From Brevibacterium luteolum (GTDB taxonomy: Bacteria > Actinomycetota > Actinomycetes > Actinomycetales > Brevibacteriaceae), in the NCBI RefSeq assembly GCF_013004595.1, contig NZ_JABEMC010000003.1:186001-250000 (forward strand): a DNA stretch of 64,000 bases, read 5' to 3'. Of the stretch, positions 10,421 through 20,226 are shown piece by piece. Position 1 is the stretch's first letter. Every line of letters starts with the position of its first letter. The notes beneath the pieces are model-generated. The model did not search any database. It saw only the letters and a program-made list of their open reading frames with translations, and was not told where the DNA came from. The position numbers and the translations under genes are program-made.

Positions 10421-13400
10421 ATGAACACGATCGTCACAACCCCATGGTCAGCGGTCATCTTCGACATGGACGGCGTCGTCACCGACACGGCGTCTCTGCA
10501 TGCGATCGCCTGGAAGCGGCTGTTCGACGACGTGCTCGCCAGCCCCGAAGTGACCAGCGGCGACCTGCCGCTGAGCCACCACATCGACACCACCCCCTTC
10601 GACGGGGTCGAGGACTACCGCCGCTACGTCGACGGCCGGCCCCGCGAGGACGGTGTGCGCACCTTCCTCAACGCCCGCAACATCTTCCTGCCCGAAGGCG
10701 ACGATGACGATCCGTCCTCTGCCCACACCATCCACGGGCTGGCCCGGCGCAAGAACGACTACTTCTCTGTGCTGCTCGAACGCGAGGGCATCGAAGTGTT
10801 CTCCGGCACCGTCAAGCTCATCGAGCGGCTGCGCCGGGGCGGCACCCCGATTGGTCTCGTGACCGCCAGCCGCAACGCCCCGCAGCTTTTGGAGACCGCC
10901 GGCATCGCCGACCTCTTCGACGTCGTCATCGACGGTCAGGTCGCCCGCGACCGCGGCCTGCCCGGCAAACCGGCCCCCGACACGTTCGTCGCCGCCGCCG
11001 AACTGCTCGGCTTCCCACCGCGGGACTGCGCGGTGCTCGAAGACGCCGTCTCCGGTGTCCAGGCCGCCCGCACTGGTGAGTTCGGCCTCGTCGTCGGCAT
11101 CGCCCGCGACCGCAACCGCGCCGATCTGGAGGCAGCCGGGGCGGATGTGGTCGTCACCGACGCCAATGAGCTCGACCTGGGCATCGTGCCCCAGGATCCC
11201 TGGGAGCTGAGCTTCGCCGGCTTCGAGCCTGAGCATGAGGGCCGCCGGGAGGCGCTGACGACGCTGGCGAACGGGTACATGTCGCTGCGCGGAGCCGCTC
11301 CCGAGGCGCCGGCTGGGCACTCCCATTACCCCGGTTCGTACATGGCGGGGATCTTCAACCGGCTGTGGAGCCATGTCAACGGCCGGGACCTTGAGCACGA
11401 GTCGCTGGTCAATCTGCCGAACTGGAACGTCTGCGACATCCGGTTCGCCGACGGCGACTGGTTCTCCGCCGGCGGGCTGAAGATCGTCAGCGGCCAGCGC
11501 ACGCTGTCGTTCGCCAACGGCGTGCTCACCCGCGAACTGGCGCTGAGTGACGCGCAGGAACGAGAGCTCATCATCCGCCAGCAGCGGCTCGTGTCGATGG
11601 ACCGCAAGCACGTCGCAGCGATGCTCACGCAGATCACGCCGGTCAACACCGCCGATCCGATCGTTGTGCGCACCGGTATCGACATGAACGTCATCAACGA
11701 CAACGTGCGTGAGTACGATGCGCTGTCGAAGAAGCACCTCATGACGACCTTCCAGCAGTTCGGTTCCGACGGCACGCTGCTGGCCGAGGTCGAGACGAGC
11801 CAGAGCAAGCTGCGCATCGCCATCGCCCAGCGCACCCAGATCCACGTCGGCGAGCACACCGTCCGGCAGACCGACGAAGACACCGGAGTGAAGGTGCATC
11901 CGGTCGAGTACCCCGCCGGCATCTTCACCGATGCCACCATCGAGATGCGCAAGGGCGCGACTGTCGGCATCGACACGACGACAGCCCTGGTCAACTCCCG
12001 TGATGATGCGCTCACCTCCGTGCGCGAAGGCGCGGTCGATGAGCTCAACTGGCTGCCGGCAATCGGCTACGAGAACCTGCTGCCCGGGCACACCGCTGCC
12101 CTGCAGCGGTTGTGGGAGCGCTTCGACGTCGAGGTCGAAGCCGACTCGAACACCCAGCTGCTGCTGCACCTGCACACCTTCCACCTGCTGCAGTCGCTGT
12201 CCCCGCACACCGTCTTCGCCGACACCGGCACCCCGGCCCGCGGACTGCACGGCGAGGGGTATCGCGGCCACATCTTCTGGGATGAGCTCTTCGTGCTGCC
12301 GCTGGTGAACCTGCGGCTGCCCGAGATCTCGAAATCGCTGCTGCTCTACCGCTGGCGCCGGCTCAACGCCGCCCGCCACCTCGCCCGCGAAGCCGGACTC
12401 GAAGGGGCGCTGTTTCCCTGGCAGTCCGGCTCCGACGGCCGTGAGGAGACTCCAGTCGAGTTGTTCAACCGGCGGGCCGGACGCTGGATGCCGGACAACT
12501 CCTGGCGGCAGAAGCATGTCGGCCTGGCGATCGCCTACAACGCCTGGCAGCACTACCGCGCCACGGAGGACGTCGGCTGGCTGGCCGAACAGGGCGGCGA
12601 GCTCGTCATCGAGATCACCCGGCTGTTCGCCTCACTGGCGACCTACGATGCCGAGACCGACCGCTTCCACATCAACGATGTCATGGGCCCAGATGAGTTC
12701 CACGACGGATATCCCGGCACGCCCGGCTCAGGGCTGCGCGACAACGCCTACACCAACATCATGACCGCCTGGGTATGTCGCCATGCGGTCGAGATCTTCC
12801 GGCTGCTGCCCTCCTATGCCGCCGAGGACCTCATCTTCCGGCTCAACATCCAGCCGGCCGAGATCACTCTGTGGGGCCGGCTCGCCGCCCGCCTGGCGGT
12901 GCCCTTCAACGCTGATGGCATCATCAGCCAGTTCGACGGCTACGACGACCTCGACGAACTCGACTGGGCCGCCTACCGCAAGAAGTACGGCAATATCGGC
13001 CGCATGGACCTCATCATGGAGGCCGAGGGCGACTCCACGAACAACTACAAGCTGTCCAAACAGGCCGATGTCACGATGCTCATCTACCTGCTCGGCGCCA
13101 ACGGCCTCATCCGCGAACTCGGCCGGATGGGCTACCGGTACACGATGAGCCAGGTCGAGCAGACCGTCGACTACTACACCGCCCGCTCGACCAACGGTTC
13201 CAGCCTGTCCAACGTCGTCAACGCCGCCGTGCTGGCCTCGATCGGCCGGCCCGAAGCCTGGGAGGTGTGGCAGGAATCGCTCGTCATCGACCTGCACGAC
13301 ACCCAGTGGGGCACTACCCAGGAGGGCATTCACCTCGGCGCGATGGCCGGCACCGTCGACGTCGTCGTACGTGCCTTCGTCGGCGTGCTCATCCGCTACG

Positions 13401-13678
13401 ACCGCATCGAATTCCGCCCCCGCCTGCCGGAGAAGCTCACCGGTGTGCGCTTCCGGGTGCTGTTCCAGGGCCAGGTCATCGACGTGCGCTGCTCGGCACG
13501 CGAACTCGTTCTCACCAGCCGCTCGCACGAGACCTCGAAGGTCAAAGTCCGTGTGTGGGACGACGAGCGCCTCCTCGACGGGGGAGAGACACTGCACTTC
13601 AGCCTGCCAGAACACCACCACGAGGCCGTCGCCATGACCGGTGCGATCGAGATCGTCGGCGAGGATCCGAAGAGCTGA
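10421..13678 (+). CDS. Beta-phosphoglucomutase-like HAD domain fused to GH65 glycoside phosphorylase
   Basis: FDMDGVVTDT, GKPAPD, EDAVSG; GH65 motifs ARGLHGEGYRGHIFWD, GPDEFH, KQAD. Confidence 0.9.
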   Translation: MNTIVTTPWSAVIFDMDGVVTDTASLHAIAWKRLFDDVLASPEVTSGDLPLSHHIDTTPFDGVEDYRRYVDGRPREDGVRTFLNARNIFLPEGDDDDPSSAHTIHGLARRKNDYFSVLLEREGIEVFSGTVKLIERLRRGGTPIGLVTASRNAPQLLETAGIADLFDVVIDGQVARDRGLPGKPAPDTFVAAAELLGFPPRDCAVLEDAVSGVQAARTGEFGLVVGIARDRNRADLEAAGADVVVTDANELDLGIVPQDPWELSFAGFEPEHEGRREALTTLANGYMSLRGAAPEAPAGHSHYPGSYMAGIFNRLWSHVNGRDLEHESLVNLPNWNVCDIRFADGDWFSAGGLKIVSGQRTLSFANGVLTRELALSDAQERELIIRQQRLVSMDRKHVAAMLTQITPVNTADPIVVRTGIDMNVINDNVREYDALSKKHLMTTFQQFGSDGTLLAEVETSQSKLRIAIAQRTQIHVGEHTVRQTDEDTGVKVHPVEYPAGIFTDATIEMRKGATVGIDTTTALVNSRDDALTSVREGAVDELNWLPAIGYENLLPGHTAALQRLWERFDVEVEADSNTQLLLHLHTFHLLQSLSPHTVFADTGTPARGLHGEGYRGHIFWDELFVLPLVNLRLPEISKSLLLYRWRRLNAARHLAREAGLEGALFPWQSGSDGREETPVELFNRRAGRWMPDNSWRQKHVGLAIAYNAWQHYRATEDVGWLAEQGGELVIEITRLFASLATYDAETDRFHINDVMGPDEFHDGYPGTPGSGLRDNAYTNIMTAWVCRHAVEIFRLLPSYAAEDLIFRLNIQPAEITLWGRLAARLAVPFNADGIISQFDGYDDLDELDWAAYRKKYGNIGRMDLIMEAEGDSTNNYKLSKQADVTMLIYLLGANGLIRELGRMGYRYTMSQVEQTVDYYTARSTNGSSLSNVVNAAVLASIGRPEAWEVWQESLVIDLHDTQWGTTQEGIHLGAMAGTVDVVVRAFVGVLIRYDRIEFRPRLPEKLTGVRFRVLFQGQVIDVRCSARELVLTSRSHETSKVKVRVWDDERLLDGGETLHFSLPEHHHEAVAMTGAIEIVGEDPKS

Positions 13679-13782
13679 GCGTTCCGCTCCCGAGGCGGTG
13701 GGCGCCTTTCTGCAGGGGCGCAGATATCGATTTCCGGCAGTCGTGTATCAGTCTTGTAATAAATGACTTTCTGCCGTGATCG

Positions 13783-15114
13783 GTGTCCGCCGCGTGTGAG
13801 AAACTGAAAGCGCTCTACAGGACTCAGCTGCCAACGGAAGGACATCTCGTGCTGTCGACACCCGCCGATGTATCGGCGTCGGGCGAGATCGAAAGACTGA
13901 TCCGGCATGGCCTCGTCAACAGCTACTTCGCACCGGTCGCAGAGGCGTCGAGTTATGAGACCGTCGGCTACACAGTGCTTCCAGCCCGGGCGGATGGGGA
14001 CGCTGGGAACGACCGCGACCGCATCGATGAGTTCGCAGCCCTGCGTGCTGATGTGCGCACCTGCGGCATGATCGGCGACTTCGATTCCTCCCTGCGCTCG
14101 ATCGCCCTTCGCGATGCCGCCTCTGCCGGGCTGGGCGCCTCCACCCGGCTGTTCCTCGGGGCTGAACCCGAGTCGCTTGTCACCCTCGAAGACCGCACGG
14201 ACGAGCCCGAACGCTCGGTCATCCTGCAGCTCGACCCCGACCGGATCGCCGGGGCGCCGGCCACCGTGCTGCGCTCGGTACGCCAGGCCCGCCAGCTCGG
14301 CTGGGGCATCGGCATGAAATCGATCGGCCCCGATCTGCGTACGGCTGCGTTCCTGCCGCTGGTCAATCCCTCGGTCGTGAGCCTGCATCCGGATGTGCTG
14401 CATATGGAGGACCGCGGGGAGCTCGCTGAGCTCATCCGCCTGCTGCGCGCTCACGTCGAACGCACCGACGCCGTCGTCATCGCCGAGGGTGTGGCGACTG
14501 AGGCGGATATGCGCCAGGTGCGTGCGATCGGCGCCCGCTATGTCACCGGTCCGCTCATCGGTGCGCCGACGGAGGCGCCCAGCCCTGTCGATAAGCTCTA
14601 CGACGATCCGCTCGTCGACCACTTCACCCGCAACCGGCTGGTGCAGGGCACCCCGTTCTCCATCTGCAAGAGCCTCAAGCACGACCCGCTCATCATGGAC
14701 GAGGCGCTCGTGGGCTCGGAACTCGAATCGCTCCAGCGCCGCGCGCTCAATGGTTCGAGCTCGATCGTCATCATCGGCATCTACGGCGAGCAGGAAGATG
14801 TGTGGGAGGACACCGCCGAGCGGTTCGCATCTATCCAGCAGGTCTGTGGGTTCTCCGCGATGCTCTCCGGCGGCTTCGACGTCGCACCGGTTCCCGGTGT
14901 GCGCAGCGGGCGCATCGACCACTCCGATCCGCTGCGCAACGAATACGGGCTCATCGTCGTGGGACCGGACTGGTCGGGCATGGTCACTGCCTCTCGGAAG
15001 AACGACCCAGGGCCTGAGGGCCGAGTCGAGTTCGATGTTTACATCACCACCGACCGCTACGCCTGCATCGACGCCGCACGGGCGGTCCTCACCCGAGTCA
15101 ACTCAGAACGCTGA
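13783..15114 (+). CDS. Degenerate EAL domain plus DICT sensory domain protein (start uncertain)
   Basis: EAL-like fold with IAEGV retained; C-terminal DPLRNEYGLIVVGPDWSGMV is DICT-like. Confidence 0.75.
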   Translation: MSAACEKLKALYRTQLPTEGHLVLSTPADVSASGEIERLIRHGLVNSYFAPVAEASSYETVGYTVLPARADGDAGNDRDRIDEFAALRADVRTCGMIGDFDSSLRSIALRDAASAGLGASTRLFLGAEPESLVTLEDRTDEPERSVILQLDPDRIAGAPATVLRSVRQARQLGWGIGMKSIGPDLRTAAFLPLVNPSVVSLHPDVLHMEDRGELAELIRLLRAHVERTDAVVIAEGVATEADMRQVRAIGARYVTGPLIGAPTEAPSPVDKLYDDPLVDHFTRNRLVQGTPFSICKSLKHDPLIMDEALVGSELESLQRRALNGSSSIVIIGIYGEQEDVWEDTAERFASIQQVCGFSAMLSGGFDVAPVPGVRSGRIDHSDPLRNEYGLIVVGPDWSGMVTASRKNDPGPEGRVEFDVYITTDRYACIDAARAVLTRVNSER

Positions 15115-15419
15115 ACGCGCTCGGCACCGGATCATGCCGTGCCGGCAAGGGGCCGAGCTGCTCCTCGGGCTGCCGGGTGTCCTGGGGTTTCCGGACGGCG
15201 GGGTTTCGCTGTGGTGAAGACCCGGTGGGCTTCGCGTCCGCGACCGGCATGATGCCGGATGACCCGCCCGCGCTGATGCGAAGCCGATGTTCAGAGAGAT
15301 GGACTGCAGCACTTCTGCACAAGCCGCAGAAGAGCCGGCCGGAGTTGTCGCTTTGGGAATCCGTTCTGCCGCCAGATGCGCTCATATATGCGCGATCGGA
15401 GGTGATGATTGTCCGACTG

Positions 15420-15493
15420 TGCCCCCAGTCGGACTTGAACCGACGACCAAAGAATTATGAGTTCTCTGCTCTAACCAGCTGAGCTATGGGGGC
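15420..15493 (-). tRNA. tRNA with CAT anticodon, probably Ile2 (lysidine); CCA not encoded
   Basis: Acceptor GCCCCCA/TGGGGGC; anticodon arm GAGAA-CTCATAA-TTCTT. Confidence 0.9.
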
Positions 15494-15664
15494 CAGCATC
15501 GCCTGCCTTAGCACCAGCAGGCCGAGGCCAGCAACAGATTAGCAGAGAACCGAGACCGCCAGGACGGGGATGTCTTTTGAACAGGGACGGCGATCGTCTA
15601 TGCTGGTGGCATCCTCCTGTTCGGATCGTAGGGGAAGACGTATCCGAAGGCTCAGGAGGCAGAA

Positions 15665-16162
15665 ATGGATATGACTCAGGGCGTACTCTTCGTCCACTCA
15701 GCACCTCGTGCGCTGTGCCCTCACATCGAATGGGCCGCCGGCGGGGCGATCGGCGCGCAGGCGGCCTTCGACTGGTCGCCGCAACCGGCCGCGCCCGGCA
15801 CGTTCCGCGCCGAGATCTGCTGGCGTGCCCCAGCAGGCTCCGGTGCCCGCATCGCCTCGGCGCTGCGCGGCTGGGAGGGCGTGCGCTACGAAGTGACCGA
15901 GGAACCCTCACCCGGCGCTGACGGCGGCCGCTGGAGCCACACTCCGCGCCTGGGCATCTACCACGCTGTCACCGACGTGCACGGCAACATCATGGTCTCC
16001 GAAGACATCATCCGCTCGGTCATGGAGCGTGCAGCCGGCAATCCCGAGAAGCTCGAATCGCTCATGCAGCGCGCCCTGGGCGAGGCATGGGACAACGAGC
16101 TCGAAGCCTTCCGCTACGCCGGCGACGGCGCTCCCGTGCGCTGGCTGACCACCGCAGTCTGA
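15665..16162 (+). CDS. DUF3145 family protein
   Basis: GVLFVHSAPRALCPHIEWA..LEAFRYAGDGAPVRWL; usual neighbour of fabF. Confidence 0.9.
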   Translation: MDMTQGVLFVHSAPRALCPHIEWAAGGAIGAQAAFDWSPQPAAPGTFRAEICWRAPAGSGARIASALRGWEGVRYEVTEEPSPGADGGRWSHTPRLGIYHAVTDVHGNIMVSEDIIRSVMERAAGNPEKLESLMQRALGEAWDNELEAFRYAGDGAPVRWLTTAV

Positions 16163-16366
16163 CCCACAGACCTGCGCTCTTACTGACCAGCGCTGGCATC
16201 GCGGCAGCTGTTGCGGGGTGCATCCGGCCTTTCGGTGTCTTCCTCCTGCCCGCAGGCTGCCTCACCGATGCCAGCGGTCCTGGCCCTGGCCCACACGCTC
16301 GGCTCTCGGCTCATACGCTCGGGCTCCCAGCTCACACGTGGGGCTCGAGCCAGCACGCAGATGCAG

Positions 16367-16400
16367 CAGGGCCTGCAGTCGCAGATGACTGCAGGCCCTG
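16367..16400. terminator. Hairpin between convergent DUF3145 and fabF
   Basis: Perfect 14-bp stem CAGGGCCTGCAGTC/GACTGCAGGCCCTG. Confidence 0.75.
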
Positions 16401-16434
16401 AAACACGCCCAACCGCAAACCGGTTGTGCTCCGA

Positions 16435-17676
16435 TCAGACGGTCTTGATGACGCACACGGCGTTATGACCGCCGAATCCGAAGGAGTTCGTCAGCGCAGC
16501 GAAGTCTCCGCTGGGCAGATCCGCCGGGGTGTCGCGGACGACGTTGAGCTTGATCTCGGGATCGAGGTTCTCGATGTTGATCGTAGGCGGGGCGACACGA
16601 TGGTGAGTTGCCAGCACAGCGAGGATCGCCTCGACTGCGCCCGCACCGCCGAGCAGGTGCCCGGTCATCGACTTCGTCGCGGAGACGAGCGCCTCAGAGA
16701 CGTTCTCACCCAGCAGCGCGTTGACAGCCAGGGACTCGGGCACGTCACCGACCGGGGTCGAGGTGGCGTGGGCGTTGATGTGCTTGATGTCAGCAACGTC
16801 GATGCCGGCGTTGTCGACGGCATGCTGCATCGCGTGCAGCGCGTACTTGCCCTCGGGCTCGTTGGCGGTGATGTGGTGCGAGTCGTTCGACACGCCCCAG
16901 CCGGCGATCTCAGCGTAGATCTTGGCACCGCGGGCCTTGGCGTGCTCTTCGGTTTCGAGCACGAGCGCGCCAGCGCCTTCGCCCATGACGAAGCCGTCGC
17001 GGTCGACGTCGTAGGGACGCGATGCGGTCTCCGGCGAGTCGTTGCGGCGGGACAGCGCCTGCATGGACGAGAACGCCGACATGGTGATCGGGTGCACGGC
17101 AGATTCCGAACCACCGGCGATGACGACGTCGGCCTTGCCGGAGCGGATGACGTCGAGTGCCTGGCCGAGGCTTTCGGTCGAGGAGGCACACGCCGAGACA
17201 ACGGTCTGCACGGCGGCACGCGCCTTGAGGTCCATGCCGATGGCGGCAGCCGGAGCGTTGGGCATGAGCATCGGCACCGTCAGCGGCATGACGCGGCGGG
17301 AGCCCTCTTCGCGCAGGGTGTCCCAGGCGTTGAGCAGCGTCCAGACACCGCCGATGCCGGTGGCCCAGGAGACGGCGAGACGTTCGGGATCGATCTCGGG
17401 GGTCTGTGCGTCCTCCCATGCCTCGCGGGCGGCGATGAGAGCGTACTGGCTTGAGGGGTCGAGTCGCTTGGCCTGCACGCGCTTGAGGCGTTCGTCGACG
17501 ACGCTGCGGTCGACGGTGGCGGCGAAGCTGACAGGAATGCCATAGTCCTCAGACCAGCTGTTGTCGAGAGTATGGGCGCCCGAGGTTCCCTTGAGCGCTG
17601 CCTGCCAGGTGGCTTCGGCGGTCGTGCCGATGGGTGTGACGGCACCGATGCCGGTGACGACAACTGTGGAAGTCAT
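16435..17676 (-). CDS. fabF: 3-oxoacyl-ACP synthase II
   Basis: SACASS, HINAHATST, KSMTGHLLG, NSFGFGG. Confidence 0.97.
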   Translation of the reverse strand: MTSTVVVTGIGAVTPIGTTAEATWQAALKGTSGAHTLDNSWSEDYGIPVSFAATVDRSVVDERLKRVQAKRLDPSSQYALIAAREAWEDAQTPEIDPERLAVSWATGIGGVWTLLNAWDTLREEGSRRVMPLTVPMLMPNAPAAAIGMDLKARAAVQTVVSACASSTESLGQALDVIRSGKADVVIAGGSESAVHPITMSAFSSMQALSRRNDSPETASRPYDVDRDGFVMGEGAGALVLETEEHAKARGAKIYAEIAGWGVSNDSHHITANEPEGKYALHAMQHAVDNAGIDVADIKHINAHATSTPVGDVPESLAVNALLGENVSEALVSATKSMTGHLLGGAGAVEAILAVLATHHRVAPPTINIENLDPEIKLNVVRDTPADLPSGDFAALTNSFGFGGHNAVCVIKTV

Positions 17677-17757
17677 GTGATCAACCTCGTCGAATCGGTT
17701 GGGGTCCATCACGGGGCGGTGAGACCGCGCGGGCCGGCCGCCCCGTGATCGGAATTC

Positions 17758-18009
17758 TTAGGCCTGCTGTGCTTTGACGATGTAGTCGACAGCGTCCTGC
17801 ACGGTGACGAGATCCTTGACGTCGTCATCCGGGATCTTCACGCCGAACTTCTTCTCAGCGTTGACGACGATCGTCATCATCGAGATCGAGTCGATGTCGA
17901 GATCATCGGTGAAGGACTTGCTCGGCTCGACAGCTTCGGTGGCCAGGCCGGTCTCTTCGTTCACGATGTCAGCGAGTCCTGCGAGGACTTCAGCTTCGCT
18001 ATGTGCCAT
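17758..18009 (-). CDS. acpP: Acyl carrier protein
   Basis: DLDIDSISMM phosphopantetheine site. Confidence 0.97.
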   Translation of the reverse strand: MAHSEAEVLAGLADIVNEETGLATEAVEPSKSFTDDLDIDSISMMTIVVNAEKKFGVKIPDDDVKDLVTVQDAVDYIVKAQQA

Positions 18010-18177
18010 ATCTTCCTTCTTTCTCAATGCTTCCCGGCCAGGTTGACCGGCCGGCTTGTGGAACGTGATTCGACGAGTTGTCCCGTCAGAATCCTACGTC
18101 ATGCCTGCTGCGCATATGCAAGGAGCCAGGTGCCTCGGCAGGTCGTGCCTGGCGCGCCGTCATCCCTGCTGTGGTGC

Positions 18178-19188
18178 TCATGGCAGCTTGACGACCTGCG
18201 CCCCGTAGACGAGTCCGGCACCGAAGCCGATCTGCAGCGACAGCCCACCGGAGAGCTCGGGGTGCTCGCGCAGCAGCCGTTCGGTGGCCAGCGGAATCGA
18301 CGCCGACGAGGTGTTGCCGTTGTCGGCGATGTCGCGGCCGATGACGACGGAGTCAGGCAGCTTCAGCTGCTTGGCCAGTTCGTCGATGATGCGCATATTC
18401 GCCTGGTGGGGCACGAAAGCTGCCAGGCCGCTGGCTTCGACACCAGCGGCTTCGAGGGCCTCTTTGGCGACCTCGGCCATCTCCCAGACCGCCCACCGGA
18501 ACACGCTGGGGCCGTCCTGGCGCAGTGTCGGCCACGTGCCGCCTTCGGGGTTGTTCTTGAGATCCAGCAGCGAATTGGTCATGTGGATGGTGTCCCAGTT
18601 CTCGCCCTTCGAACCCCACACACTCTGGCCGATGCCCGGCTCGTCACTGGCGGAGACGACGACAGCGCCAGCACCGTCGGCGAGGATGAAGGAGATCGAC
18701 CGGTCAGTCGGGTCGATCCAGTCGGAGAGCTTCTCCGCACCGATGACGAGGACGTTGTCCATGACGCCGGAGCGCACCAGCCCGTCGGCCTGGGCGATGG
18801 CATAGCAGTATCCGGCGCAGGCAGCCGAGATGTCCCAGGCGGGAATCGGGCCAGTGCCCAGCCGGTCAGTCAGCATCGCTGCCACGGACGGCGTCGGGTG
18901 GGGGAAGGTGACGGTGGCGATGATGATGCCGCCGATGTCGGTGGGCTTGAGGCCGGCGTTGGCGATCGCCTCCTGCGCGGCCTCCTCGCTCATCTCTGCG
19001 ACGCCGACGTCCTCGCTGGCGTAGCGGCGGGTGATGATGCCGGTGCGCTGGCGAATCCACTCATCGGAGGAGTCGATCGGCTCGACGATGTCGTCGTTGC
19101 GCACGGTGATCTCACCGCGGTAGCCGCCGATGCCGGTGATGGTGGAGTACCGGCCGGCCGGCGTGGTCTGCAGTGTCGGTGCTGTCAT
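18178..19188 (-). CDS. fabH: 3-oxoacyl-ACP synthase III
   Basis: AACAG, PHQAN, GNTSSAS. Confidence 0.97.
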   Translation of the reverse strand: MTAPTLQTTPAGRYSTITGIGGYRGEITVRNDDIVEPIDSSDEWIRQRTGIITRRYASEDVGVAEMSEEAAQEAIANAGLKPTDIGGIIIATVTFPHPTPSVAAMLTDRLGTGPIPAWDISAACAGYCYAIAQADGLVRSGVMDNVLVIGAEKLSDWIDPTDRSISFILADGAGAVVVSASDEPGIGQSVWGSKGENWDTIHMTNSLLDLKNNPEGGTWPTLRQDGPSVFRWAVWEMAEVAKEALEAAGVEASGLAAFVPHQANMRIIDELAKQLKLPDSVVIGRDIADNGNTSSASIPLATERLLREHPELSGGLSLQIGFGAGLVYGAQVVKLP

Positions 19189-19229
19189 AGGGAACCTCTT
19201 CTCTGTCTACAGCTGCGAGTGCGGCCGCT

Positions 19230-20168
19230 TCAGGATTCTGCAGGGGACTGGCCGGCGTGGGCCTGGACGAAGGCGCGGGCGTCATCGAGATCGTCGGCTG
19301 ACTTCAGTGCAAACGTCTCGACTCCGCGCATCGTTCGCTTGGCCAGCCCGGTGAGGGTGCCGCCGGGCACGAGCTCGAGCAGACCGGTGACGCGCATGTC
19401 GAGCAGCTGCTTCTGGCACAGATCCCAGCGCACCGGATTCGTCACCTGCTTGACGAGCAGGTCGAGGTACTCGGAGCCGGAGTCGACCGGCTCACCGGTG
19501 GCGTTGGTGAGGATCGTCAGCTGCGGGTCCTGGGCTTCGAGGTTCGAGGCCAGTGTCGCCAGCGGAGCCTGGGCCGAGCCCATGTAGGAGGTGTGGAAGG
19601 CGCCTGCGACTTTGAGCGGGATGACGCGGGCTCGCTCCGGCGGGTTCTCGGCCAGTTTCTCGATGTTCTCGACCGCGCCAGCGGCGACGGTCTGTCCTGC
19701 GCCGTTGACATTGGCAGGCGACAGGCCAGCGGATTCGATGGCGGCAAGCACATCGTCGGGCTCCCCGCCGACGACGGCGGCCATGCCGGTGGGTGTGGCG
19801 GCCGAGGCCTCTGCCATGCCGGTCGCACGCGTCATGACGAACTTCATCGCCGCGGTGTCATCGAGAACGCCGGCGATGTTCGCAGCACCGATCTCACCGA
19901 CGGAGTGGCCTGCGACGACGTCGGGGGAGACGTCGACGTCGGCGAAGAGCTCCCGGTAGGCGGCGATCGCCGAGGCGACGAGCAGCGGCTGGGCGATGTC
20001 GGTGCTCTTGATCGTCTCGTCATCGGACTCCGTGCCATGGATGCGCAGGTCGAGGTCTGCGGCGGCGGAGAGCGCATCGAGTGATTCGGCGAATGCCGGG
20101 CGATTGAGCCAGGAGGAGAGGAATCCGGACTTCTGGGCTCCCTGGCCCGGGCAGGCGATAACTAGCAC
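19230..20168 (-). CDS. fabD: Malonyl-CoA:ACP transacylase (alternative start 20183)
   Basis: CPGQGAQ, GHSVGE, AFHT. Confidence 0.95.
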   Translation of the reverse strand: MLVIACPGQGAQKSGFLSSWLNRPAFAESLDALSAAADLDLRIHGTESDDETIKSTDIAQPLLVASAIAAYRELFADVDVSPDVVAGHSVGEIGAANIAGVLDDTAAMKFVMTRATGMAEASAATPTGMAAVVGGEPDDVLAAIESAGLSPANVNGAGQTVAAGAVENIEKLAENPPERARVIPLKVAGAFHTSYMGSAQAPLATLASNLEAQDPQLTILTNATGEPVDSGSEYLDLLVKQVTNPVRWDLCQKQLLDMRVTGLLELVPGGTLTGLAKRTMRGVETFALKSADDLDDARAFVQAHAGQSPAES

Positions 20169-20226
20169 TGGAGTAGCTTCCAATCAGTCGAGGTCGTGTT
20201 TCAACTTACGTCAATGTGGAGGTTCG

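Noticed and set aside
10448..12553. Long antisense ORFs (701 aa here; also 18001-19587, 20557-22290, 22540-24318, 50672-52177)
   Set aside because: Shadow frames of high-GC genes with clear homologs on the opposite strand
15115..15419. 300-bp gap downstream of the CAT tRNA as an island or sRNA
   Set aside because: Only short inverted repeats (15127-15139 and 15245-15258); no tRNA-end duplication or credible ORF
16435..20168. fab genes as a type II PKS cluster
   Set aside because: Canonical fabD-fabH-acpP-fabF with fasR; no chain-length factor or cyclases
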